This document shows, in pieces, positions 49,201 through 60,896 of a stretch of 64,000 nt of DNA. The DNA is taken from positions 1 through 64,000 of the forward strand of contig JAKMXF010000330.1 of the NCBI GenBank assembly GCA_024704765.1, in the 5' to 3' direction. The position numbers and the translations under genes were made by a program. Under the pieces are notes generated by a model. It did no database searches, was not told the DNA's origin, and was given only the letters and a program-made list of their open reading frames with translations. Every line of letters begins with the position of its first letter. The stretch's first letter is position 1. This DNA is from Oopsacas minuta (lineage: Eukaryota; Animalia; Porifera).

Positions 49201-52200
49201 ATTCACTGGGTAGATGAGTCAAAAGGTACATTCTATGTTAAGAATCCGGAAAATTTTGCAAAAAAGTGGGGAGAATATAAAGGAAAGGACAAAATGGATT
49301 ATCAAAAAGTTAGTAGAAGTTTCCGCTACTATTACAAACAGAAGAATCTCTTGAAGAAAGTTGAAGGTAAACTAAGACAATACCAGTGGGATCTAAAAGC
49401 AATGGCTTCACTTAAGGATAATTTCACCAGTGGAACTCCTCTAAAACTGGTAAATAAAGAAATTAAGAAGAAAATACCAAAAAGCTTACTTCTGCATTCA
49501 AATTAGTAGCTAAGCCAAATTGAGGGGCGTGGTCTCAATAATATTAATTGCTCCAACATAAGTCAAGAAATAATATCCTATTTATTTTATTAACATTTGT
49601 AAACAAGAATATTAATCACAACATGTTAAATTTGTAATATATTAAAAATTTGAATTGTCAATATTTATTCATCGATAAAATAACATTCATACAACACAAG
49701 TTTTTGCAACAATTATGAGAGCTCCAACTGTAATATATATTAAAAAGTAGTACTAATTGAGAATATGGTATTGTAAACTTATCAACCTCATTACTTGCAT
49801 ATGTTCAAGTAGTTCAAAAATCTATCTGCACCTGCTGGAAATATACTACGTTTGATAAATAAATTCATAAAATTATATTTCCAACAAATCTAAATAATAC
49901 GCTGAATAACTATGTATCATACTATCAATCAATGTTGAAACCGATTGAACCGAATATCAGTATTCATGAATAGTTGCTTGACCGAATACTATTGATAATA
50001 TTCGGTTTGGACCAACCGAATACCTAATACTGATATTCGCTTGGTAACCAAATATTGAACTATTCGCCAAATATTATTCGATTGAACTGAATATTGAACT
50101 ATTCGGTTGCAACCTTGCTATAAATACATTGCAGGTAAGGCTGTAGGGTACTCGGTTGTTTCACCAGTATAACTTCTAGAGGGAGGGGCTCTGCTCTGGT
50201 AGATAGCAAGAGAGACAATTCAAATGCAATCGATATCTAATCACCTGCTTGATGTTTACAATTTTTCAATTTATTACCCATATAACTATATCTCAGCAGC
50301 GGGATGAATAATGAAGTAATAATAAACTAAGGAGTTGCTGATAAAGAAAAATAGTCAGTGGATAATTCAGGTAGACAAGTTGAAAGAAATATTATAGCTC
50401 AGCTTAATTGGGGTACGTTCGTTCCAGGCAGTTTGTTCCCATTAACTGGTGTTCTGACAAGCGAGTTGACTATATAGAAATACTTATTTTGTCATTTATC
50501 GATTAAATTCTGAAAAGACAGAACAGGTATACTATTCTGATTGAAATATCTTACAGGAAATTTAGAAAATTATAACCAATAAGAAAGTTAATGAATGATA
50601 AAACGAGAATCCATAAGTGATAATTTCCAAATAAATGTATCTATGTATCGGGGAGATCAGCTGATAAAATATAATTTGTAATATACAGTCAAACTTGTCT
50701 ATAATGGCCACGGAAGGGACTAACCAAAAGTGACCGCTATAGAGAGGTTAACCGTTATACACTAGTTTGGTAGTAACTGTCAATGGTGGTGGTATAGAGA
50801 AGTCGGGGCCTTTAAGACAAGTGACCGATATAAAAGATAATATAGTGGAAGTAGTTAATGATGGCTAACCAAGGGACTTGTCAAAGTAAACTTATCGGAG
50901 GCGACTACTATATAAAGTGGCCGTTATATAGAGGTAGTGACCGCTATGTGCAGGTGACCGTTATACAGAAGTGGTCGTTAGGCAGGTTTGACTATATCTG
51001 GAAATTCTTACAAATATTATATAAATATATTACAAATAAGGTCATAAACAATAATAACAAAGATTAAATGTTAATCATATGCAAAGAATAAATATATTTC
51101 TACTGGGAAAATATGAAATACTATCAATACAATAAATACGATAAATCATTCATAATCTTCTGATGCTAATATCATTTGCGAAATTTCAGAAGTCTTGTGA
51201 GTTGAATATGAATGACCTCTGAACCAAATTATCCCTTACTTTCATAGTGTAGTTGGCAGCACACTAGCTAGCACTAATAGAATTACATGTATAGTGTAAT
51301 ACAGTATTCTACCTGGTAAAATATAGCATAAGGAGCTAACATGTTTGCAGACGTATAAATGATAGGTATTAATATATTAATACATCAAAATTTACCTAAA
51401 TTCGTAAAATCGCAAGATGAGTTACTATCATTGCTCTCAATGTATAAATCAAGAAGAAGAATTCCTTCCACCCGCGCTCTACACCCAAACTCAATACAGT
51501 AATGATTCTCACTTTATAGAGATGTATTCAAAGCCTTGGGAGCAGGACATGAATTCAACAGCCAACAGCTACGAGTTTTATCCACAAATCGCAGGTGAAT
51601 TAAATTAAATAGAAACGATAACGAATAAATTATATAATAAACATAAAGAAGTCTAAATAATCTAGACTACCGCCTTTCACTGAATAAGAGCCGGGGGCTA
51701 GAAAAAGCTCCAAGACTTGTGAATACAAATTTGTCGCCACCCTTTAGAATATTTTTTTCGTCGGATTTACGCCACATTTCGCCATGCAACAAATATCAAA
51801 TAAGGATAATTAGTTTCCAAATCATTCGTGTTTTCGAAATTGGAAAAAATATTTAGACGAAAAAGCCCACGAAAAGAATAATCATAGCAAAATACGATAT
51901 TCAAAATATTTGATGTAAAACGTAAATAGCTAATAATATATAATTATTGATTATAATTTTGTATAATTAAATTTCAAAATTGTATTCTAAATAAATATCA
52001 GAAGTCGTCTGTCTGACATTTTGTATGATTATGGATTGGATAATACACAAGTATTGAAAAAGCAAATAATAATCACTAAAAATAATGAAATTTTCTGAGA
52101 AGCGAAAGTGGCAGACAAATTTTGCAATCTCTCAAGAAATAGCAACTACTAGTCGGGTATTAAGTTGAATGAAAAAGCTAAAGATTAAGAATGGTAATGT

Positions 52201-55200
52201 ATTTGGCCTACTATACACAGATATACTTGCTGCAGAATCGAATCATAGTAAAAATAAAAGTCCAGGTTTATAAAGCTTAAATTTGCTAAAAAATTTTACC
52301 TTCCAAAGGGTGAGTATTGAACCTTCAAAAATAAATTACAATGAATCAAAACTACTGAAAAGTTCAAATGGCCACCTTAATCAAGTTTGGGCGAATTCAA
52401 TGCATTACAAATCGCTGATCGAAAAATTGTATTTTAATCTTTTCATTTTGGTATTTCATTGAAAGATTTTCTCCTATTCTTTCATCGATATTTTTAGCAC
52501 ATTTACACAAAATCAATTTCTTACGCTATATTCATATTATTTTCGAATAAAGATAAAAGAATTTCTTAAATGTAATATTTTAAGTTCGGGTTATAATTTA
52601 TGAAATTTTTCTTCCAATAAGCAATTGTTGAACTTGAATGAATCTAAACTGGAAAGCACAAGTACTGAATTCTATATTAAGTAATTATTAATTATAGATA
52701 AGTTAGTATGTACGTGTAATATTTAGTGCATCATAAATTAAAGTAGCTTTCAGTACTGGTTAAGTACAAAGTTCTAAAGCATAGTTCCTATAAGCTAGTT
52801 TGACTAACCATTATATAATAATATTATAGATAGACTAAAGCTTCTAATTAAACTGAAAGTAATATCTATTCTTACCAAAGCTAGAATCACTATTTTTGAT
52901 AACAAATGGGAAATAAGATATTACATAAACATGTAATACCTGGAAACGAGAATAACTGAGAATTGATAACAGAGAGATTACAACCTATAGTAAGCTAATT
53001 CTGCGAAAAATGTTCTAACTTTAATCTTAAGCTAATCAATAAAGAAAAATTGATTTTATGATTATTTCCGAGAGTAAGGGTTATATAAATATCTTTAAGT
53101 AATCAGAGAGTTTTGAGTCAATCAATAAGCATTTGGTCAGCCGATTTTGGAAAAATATATATTCGCTAAGCAATTGTATTATTATAGCAGGATTAGCAGC
53201 ATTACGCCAAATAATAGATTTACAGCAGACACTCGTAAATACTTTATACAGTGAAAAGCTAATGTATTATCAGGATTATATTTTAGTATAACTTGTGTTG
53301 TATTGATGGTGATTATTGTATTTTTAGCCTACGGGAGTTATGAAGCTCCTTGCTTCTACAACGAGATGCCTCTATCTCCATACAGTCTAGATGATTGGTC
53401 CTGTAGATCAGTGCCAGAGAATATACAGAAAATAGAAACAGAGAATACAAACGAAACTGGAAGAAGAAGTCTCACAAAACTCTTAAAAAGTGAATATAAA
53501 TTTAAACAATCAAAATATCTTATTTTCTTCACTTACACAGCTCTTAACGATCCAAATAATCAAGATATAATCTGGAGAGACGAATCCAAAGGAAAATTCT
53601 TCATTCGAAACCCAAAAGAATTTTCTCGTGATTGGGGACAGTACAAGGGCAAAGGTAAAATGGACTACAGTAAGGTAGCAAGATCTCTTAGATATTACTA
53701 CAAGGATGGGCTACTCTCTAAATCAGAGGGTCTGCGTGAATATGTGTGGGACCCCTTAGTGCTAGATTCTCTCAAACAGAGATTCAAGTTAGGAAGAGAT
53801 AAAATTACTAGTTCAAGCAGTAACTAGTAAGAGAGTAGGATTATACAGCCTGTTACAGTAACTCTATCATAATCATATAAATATTCTACATTATTATGCT
53901 AACAGAAATTATATGCTCTAGTTAAAATGGATTTGAGGATAAGTAGAGAATAAGAATATATACAATCATAAGTATACAATTACTGATGTATAATGTGTCT
54001 GCATTTATTGTACATACTCACTAATTTGTTTAATTATCTAACCCTCAAATAATAATTTAATATATTACGAGCCTTTGATCGTCGCTTTGCGATTAACTCG
54101 GCGCATTGCGCCTCGAAGTATTCAACGGACAAATAACAATTGAGATTTAATAATATTGATGGTTGTTTACAATATTCAGACTCAGTCTACTCGATTACAC
54201 CAGTATAGTGTTGAAAGCATGACTCTATCTCAATTTTGAAATTTGTTTACTTTATGTACCTAAAAGTAAACAAATATTGACAGTATGTTGTTTACAGTAA
54301 CATATCCGGACTCAGTCTACTCGATTACCCCAGTATAGTCGTTGAAAGTATGATTCTACCTCAATTTTAAAATTTGTGAAAATTTGTTTACTTTTAGGTA
54401 CATAAAGTAAACAAATTTCAAATTGAGATAGAATCATGCTTTCAACACTATACTGGTGTAATCGAGTAGACTGAGTCTGAATATTGTAAACAACCATCAA
54501 TATTATCAAATCTCAATTGTTGTTTATCCGTTGAATACTTTGAGGCGCAATGCGCCGAGTTCATCGCGAAGCGACGAGCCAAAGGCTTGTATAGATTTAA
54601 TTTTGTATTAATATTTTGTTGTGTATGGAAATGTTCATAATTTATGTACTTATATGATATGATATTAATAATATACACATATATATTATGTATTGCGTAG
54701 CATATTATAAAAATAATACATATAGTGGAACCTGCATAATCCGACACCTCTGTAATCCGGAATGTCGCTAAACCGACATTATTTCTTTTCACGGATAGTT
54801 TTGGCATAGAAAACAACCTCAATAACCCGGAACCTCGCTACTCCGTAATCCGACAATTTAATGATGATCAAGTAATATAAATTCGACCTCTATAAACCGA
54901 CAATTTAGCGATTTAGCTTTCATTTATCTGAGATGTACCATATTTCAACAAATGTCGGATTATGGAGGTGGTTTTACCTTCATAATCCAACATCATCGTT
55001 TACAATGTAAATATAGTATACTGCATACTTGATATTTGACAACCATGTCTTGAATTTTACTTGAGTATATACGAGTACACCTGTATAATCCGACATTTTC
55101 TTCGTTCTCAACAAATGTCGGATTACGGAGATTACTCGATAATCTGACAATTTGCTAATCCGACATTTTCTTCGTTTCCCAACGAGCGTCGGATTATGCA

Positions 55201-58200
55201 GGTTCCACTGTAATGTAATTATAGTAACAATGTTGAAGTATGTTTGTAGCACGTAAATTCCCATAAACTTACGTGTAATATGTATGTACTAGAATATGCT
55301 TAGATACGATGTCTCTATTGCCTCAGTAGCAATATAGTATAATAACACCGCTCAACAAAAATTTTGTTGCATTTCTACCAACACTTGTTTTTACCTAATA
55401 TTGGGGCGCTGAATCCGAATCCGACCTTAGTTTTTTTCCGCAAGCTCTAGATTTTTTGCAAATCGAGATTTTTAATTTTTTTGCACAAAATTCATATTTT
55501 TTGAAAAAGTGACATGATTTGTCAAATGATGTTCTGCTTACAGTTGAATAACTAGCCTCAAAACTAAAATAGGTGCCAAAAAACTTTTATGTTGCCAATA
55601 GAAATTGTATTTGTAGACAGATGGGCAACAAATGTTTNNNNNNNNNNNNNNNNNNNNNNNNNNNNNNNNNNNNNNNNNNNNNNNNNNNNNNNNNNNNNNN
55701 NNNNNNNNNNNNNNNNNNNNNNNNNNNNNNNNNNNNNNNNNNNNNNNNNNNNNNNNNNNNNNNNNNNNNNNNNNNNNNNNNNNNNNNNNNNNNNNNNNNN
55801 NNNNNNNNNNNNNNNNNNNNNNNNNNNNNNNNNNNNNNNNNNNNNNNNNNNNNNNNNNNNNNNNNNNNNNNNNNNNNNNNNNNNNNNNNNNNNNNNNNNN
55901 NNNNNNNNNNNNNNNNNNNNNNNNNNNNNNNNNNNNNNNNNNNNNNNNNNNNNNNNNNNNNNNNNNNNNNNNNNNNNNNNNNNNNNNNNNNNNNNNNNNN
56001 NNNNNNNNNNNNNNNNNNNNNNNNNNNNNNNNNNNNNNNNNNNNNNNNNNNNNNNNNNNNNNNNNNNNNNNNNNNNNNNNNNNNNNNNNNNNNNNNNNNN
56101 NNNNNNNNNNNNNNNNNNNNNNNNNNNNNNNNNNNNNNNNNNNNNNNNNNNNNNNNNNNNNNNNNNNNNNNNNNNNNNNNNNNNNNNNNNNNNNNNNNNN
56201 NNNNNNNNNNNNNNNNNNNNNNNNNNNNNNNNNNNNNNNNNNNNNNNNNNNNNNNNNNNNNTCGCAGTTATGGCACACAATATGAGGAGACCATTTCTTA
56301 TCTTGATCACCAAGAGGGATACCAAAGTATGCTATGTAGGCACGCTTCACAAACGATGTTATATTTCGTCTTTGACGCGAAAGCGTATACACACCACAGA
56401 TGTAACAAAATGAATCAGGGTTATTTTTGCATTTATGTCTACTAGAAGAAGCCATGATCAAATCTGAAGAGTTAAGAATCGAAAGAAAGTCTGTTGATAT
56501 CTATGTAACTTAACACAAACAAACTGAATAACAAAGCCTTGGTTCTAATTAAGGCTACCAGCAGACGAGCGGAAAAATACAGCTTAAATGCCTATTCTGC
56601 TGCATCTATCCACGATACTTCACTACAATCACTTAGGGTTGTTTGAATTAAATCATTTCAAAAAAATCAACATGATGATTTTTGATTTATTTAAATTTTG
56701 ACACTTCGCTAATAGTGTCATGTTTTCAGAGAACAATAGAGTGGTGCTTTTGTGTTCAATAGATTGAAGCCATTACTAAATCATAGTAACAGCTACAATC
56801 TAAGAAAAATGGCTTGATAGATAAAAAGTATTTGGTGGAGATCAGATTTATGTACTAAATAAGTACCACAAACGAAAAAATTTAAATTGTCGATTGCATG
56901 AAAACTAGAGCATGCAGAAAGAAACTGATTGCAGATTTGAAATCAGCATCCCAAAATTATATAGAATCAATTGAAAAATCTCATGCAACAAAAAATGAAA
57001 AAAAAATTGTTGAGCAGTGTAATAGCTCAATACGAATTGATTTCAAGGTCATTAGGAGTAAAGGGAAAAATCAGGATAATTTAGGCTCATTAACAAGAAG
57101 TGACCACGAGCTAATAAATTGTCCCTTCTAAATTAAGATTTGTAATAAATTTAAGTGCATAACATATTAGGTTATGTAATATCAGTGGTGAGAGCTATTC
57201 TGCATACTAGATGCTTACAAGAGTAGAGTACACAAATAACAATAAAGAAATGATATATGCAAATAGTGCGACTGCATTGATAGCAAATTTCATTGAAAGT
57301 AATGTGTCATACATGCTGATAGAGCAAGTATGATGTTAATATTATTAATTAATATGATAATGCTAAGACAATGGAAATCTATGGGATATAAATCACCAGC
57401 AATTACAATGGGTTATTTCTAAAAAATTTCTTAAGAATCAAATGTGTGACACAAGAACAATTTTCAAGCTAAGGAGATAGAATATACGTACTATTATAAT
57501 TCGAGATAGAGTATGTGACAAATTAAAATAATTAGCAATTAGAAATTCTATCCAGTTACAGTAGAATTAGAACCTCTATAAGTGGGGAGGTCGGGCAGGC
57601 GAATCTCCTGTTAACTCCCCTTTCCTCATTTATAATTTAAAATGTAAAAGTCCTTTAACCAGAGAATATATAGCCACTTCCTCCAACGACTGTTATTTCA
57701 ACGATATTTAATTGATATATTGTGCACTAAGGTTGTTTGTTGGTTCAATATACAATTTTGTAAGAAATTCTCTCCTGAGAAACCAAAATTTCAATTCATC
57801 ATAGCGATAAATACGTGTTTTTTTCCTCCAAAGCTAGCACAAAAATTGATCATGCAAGAAATTTTTCAATGGTGTGAGGCATAATTATAAAAGTATGCCC
57901 CATTCCTCACTCCCGCTTATAGAGATTCTTTTCTATGGAAACGAATGGAGGTGGACGATAATTTCCCCGATTATAGAGGTTCACCATTTATAGAGATCCC
58001 ACTTATAGATGTTGCACTGTATGCGATTCTTTACATAAATATTGGGCGTACCTAACAAGTCAAAGACTATCCTCGCCTCGGGCACAAATTAGAAAGCTCA
58101 TTTCAATTATACTGCTGCTGAAAATTGAATGACAAATTGATGGAGTATTAGGGGCATGAAGGGTCCATTAACAGCCTACCTCTCCGGTCATTGGTCATTG

Positions 58201-58697
58201 ACTTGAAGCTGACTCATTAATCGCAATCCAACGCACTAGTACGTTAAACAAACCACCAACAAATTACATGAGTATATATACACCATATATGGTAACGTAA
58301 GAATTTATAACTTATAAATTGAGTAGAAAAACAGAGTAATCATTGTAAATAATAACATTCTTACCTCTTCGTCAGTTGGTTCTACTTTCCCAGTGATAAT
58401 AGCTGACCTCTTTTGGAGTATAGGATGAAATTTGTCCTGATATTGCTGCTCCAGTCTAGAGATCTCCTTCATAAACTCACCTTCAACTTCATTATACTGG
58501 AATTGAAGTTTCTTGAGAGCTTGTATTCGTCGCTGCACATTTCTAGGTAATGTATCAATGTAATCAGGTTCATTAGCTTCTTGATTAGCTAATAACTCTG
58601 GGAGAATATCTGATAGTGCTTCTGCTTGTTTCACAACCTCGGGGGCAGGAGGCACTGGGCCAATTCCAGGGGATTTGGATGGATTACTCGAGTGCAT
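46246..58697 (-). CDS. NAP1L1: Nucleosome assembly protein 1-like, about 403 aa; exons 58365-58697, 46937-47434, 46246-46626
   Basis: YIDTLPRNVQRRIQALKKLQ, GIPEFWLT, FYFSPNSFFSDHVLTKWY, GCEIHWQKGKNLT, ESFFNFFSPP. Phase-0 GT-AG junctions; intron 1 is 10,930 bp as assembled. Confidence 0.93.
48642..49506 (+). CDS. ETS-domain transcription factor A (divergent ELF/ESE-like); exons 48642-48780, 48890-49506
   Basis: IHWVDESKGTFYVKNPENFAKKWGEYKGKDKMDYQKVSRSFRYYY; phase-1 intron in frame. Confidence 0.85.
50686..50994. mobile_element. TA-flanked pogo/Tc1-type MITE
   Basis: cagtcaaacttgtcta / taggcaggtttgacta inverted ends; internal gtgaccg repeats. Confidence 0.8.
51417..53827 (+). CDS. ETS-domain transcription factor B; exons 51417-51594, 53328-53827
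   Basis: IIWRDESKGKFFIRNPKEFSRDWGQYKGKGKMDYSKVARSLRYYY; phase-1 intron GCAG|gtgaat ... tttttag|CC in frame. Confidence 0.85.
54066..54591. mobile_element. Palindromic element with about 200-bp inverted arms and GC-hairpin termini
   Basis: Arms about 54066-54268 and 54383-54591 are reverse complements with few mismatches; the spacer holds a third direct copy of actcagtctactcgatta... Confidence 0.9.
54723..55210. mobile_element. TA-flanked pogo/Tigger-type MITE
   Basis: agtggaacctgcataatccgac / gtcggattatgcaggttccact TIR; repeated aatccgaca motifs; related remnant near 45885-45969. Confidence 0.88.
55346..57019 (-). mobile_element. Chapaev3-like (CMC superfamily) DNA transposon interrupted by an assembly gap
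   Basis: TIR caccgctcaacaa / ttgttgagcagtg; 3-bp TSD TAA; transposase N-terminus CKNNPDSFCYICG...AYFGIPLGDQDKKWSPHIVCHNC at 56461-56262. Confidence 0.75.
55638..56261. other. Assembly gap (624 N)
   Basis: Run of n characters. Confidence 1.
57559..58019. mobile_element. Degenerate TA-flanked MITE
   Basis: cagtagaattagaacctctataagtggg ... ttatagaggttc ... cccacttatagatgttgcactg. Confidence 0.55.
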
Positions 58698-59828
58698 ATT
58701 GACTGAAAATAAAACAGTATACATAATGACTGATACGATATTAAGAGGATGCGGGGTAACAGGGAGGAAATAATATTTTTGTTAGATGAATTACAGTAGT
58801 TAGGATTCTGAAAGGAGTGCAAAATATTCAGAATATTATCACCTATCTTTAAAATAGCTTTGTATAATAGAATGATTCCAGAAATGGTAACTCTCACGGA
58901 CTAACCGTGAGTCTCAAGGATTCTTACGGCTTGTAAAACTTCCAGGTTTTGGAAGGAATTTCACGAATTGGTGAAACACCAGTATGTGATTCGAATAAGC
59001 AAAAATGATATGTAACTACGTAGCTTTCCATAAGTGCTAGCATGATGGGTTTGAGATGTGTATTGATACAAAGCAATTTCATATACAACAACAAGTTGGT
59101 ATATCGTCAGGATCATTAAACATAATCCACTCACTTGTGAGGTAATATACTATTATTAGAGACAGGAAGCTGTCAACTGTGTGTATGTTGGGACAATCGA
59201 AATAATAATCAAATATTCTAGATTGCATTGTATTCGGCATTAGCGAAACGAAAGTTTATATTTATTATCATTATATTGTGATTATCGTTATTTGCTAAGC
59301 TTTGGAGAATTCTTAAATTAGTTAATCAGATAATACTCAGTATTATTCTATTAGTTAATATTAGTGTGTGAAAAATAGTAATCATCTAGCTGTACGAGTA
59401 AAACACCATAATAATACTGAAAGTATATAGGAAATACTTGAGTAATTGTAAGATTGTATTCTGATAAAATGATAATGAAACAAATAATTCAATAATCAGT
59501 TGGCAAATTTTGATAAAAAACTACCTAAACATTTATTGAATTACGATTTTCATAATGCAGAGTTTTATCCGATTCAACATATGTGTTATAAATCTCTAAA
59601 TTCCTGAAATAAATTTACCTCATAACCTATCTAGTGTATTATTTTAGGGAATTGCATATTATGGTTACGATTGATACTATATCAATAAGTAATCGGATTA
59701 TAAATCTAGTAATATGTAAGCAAATTAGTATTAATAATAATAACAATAATATTCCCAAAAATAATGTAACCAAACATTTGCTAATCAAATATAATTTACC
59801 TCAAATATTACATAATACCTATATCTAT

Positions 59829-60896
59829 TTACAACTCGATATTTTCCATTTCTGAAATAAGATCTTTCAATCTTGTAATATTTTCCCTTGTCTTTGTTAC
59901 ATGATAATGTTTAGCTTTTGATAACAAGTTGTATAGAGCCATTGTCTTTTGGTGCTGCAGTAACATTAAGTCGCTCTCTCCCATCCTAGTAATACTATCC
60001 AGTTCATCGTGTGCTCGATCTAGGAGCTCTGCCGTTTTAGTGAAGTCCTTTGTTTTCTTGCTAAGTTGTGCGATAGTCTCCAGTTTCTTTTGTCTTCTCT
60101 GCAGCATGTTTAGTGCTGCTAAAGTGTAGCTAGTATAATACTCAAAGAACAGATAAATGTTTTGATCTACTTCCACAAAAGCGGATTCTAAATTAGCTCT
60201 TGAGAAATCAAGATACTCTTCTAAGAATCCTAATATATTATACTCCTTGGGACTGTCTTTGAAAAAGAGCTCATTAGAAAATTGAGATGTTTCCTTGGAA
60301 AATTGTATAGATGATTGAATAATACGCTCGTTTGACTTACATTTAGTAGAATACAATACAAAACAGCCTCGGATAACATCGTAGTACTTAGATAGAGATT
60401 GTTGATACTCGACAAAATTTTTATCAGGATCTTGTGTGGAGCGGAATTGAATAGAACCAAACATTTTAGAAGCTTCCTCCTTTATAGAACTACCTATGCT
60501 AGAGGCAGGAACAGTAGGGAGTTTCTCCTGACTGAAGAATCTCTGTACACAGGATTCCTGGGAAAATTTAGGATGTTGGACTATAAGTTCTAAGAACACC
60601 TGAGTAGCTAGACAGAATCCTTGCAGATAATGCTCTCTGAGGATGCTACCTGGATGGAATACAGGGGAGGGGATCTTAGGGAGTGGAGGAAGGATGCAAC
60701 CCATGTAGGGACCATTGAGTACTGTTTTACTCAACTCAATGAACATCCAACGTAGATCTTCATACAGTCTGTATACGACTAATTCAGTGTTATAAATAAC
60801 GCCTATTTCCATAAATATGGTAGTTTTACCCTCTCTCCGACCTTTGACCCTCTGTACAGAGTTCATTAATCCAGGCTTATGATCTTCAGTAGCCAT
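59829..60896 (-). CDS. PX-BAR sorting nexin, SNX5/6/32-like, intronless, 355 aa
   Basis: PX: VVYRLYEDLRWMF...YMGCILPPLP...VFLELIVQHPKFSQESCVQRFF; BAR: DPDKNFVEYQQSLSKYY and a helical C-terminal half. Confidence 0.75.
   Translation of the reverse strand: MATEDHKPGLMNSVQRVKGRREGKTTIFMEIGVIYNTELVVYRLYEDLRWMFIELSKTVLNGPYMGCILPPLPKIPSPVFHPGSILREHYLQGFCLATQVFLELIVQHPKFSQESCVQRFFSQEKLPTVPASSIGSSIKEEASKMFGSIQFRSTQDPDKNFVEYQQSLSKYYDVIRGCFVLYSTKCKSNERIIQSSIQFSKETSQFSNELFFKDSPKEYNILGFLEEYLDFSRANLESAFVEVDQNIYLFFEYYTSYTLAALNMLQRRQKKLETIAQLSKKTKDFTKTAELLDRAHDELDSITRMGESDLMLLQHQKTMALYNLLSKAKHYHVTKTRENITRLKDLISEMENIEL

Noticed and set aside
55564-56445. Long ORFs spanning X runs
   Set aside because: Artefacts of the N gap; only the 56461-56262 minus frame is recognisable protein.
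56898-57131. 77-aa Lys-rich plus-strand ORF
   Set aside because: It runs across the transposon terminus; composition reflects A-rich TIR DNA.
58873-58891. Hairpin ctcacgg/ccgtgag upstream of NAP1
   Set aside because: A 7-bp stem is too short to separate from chance without conservation data.
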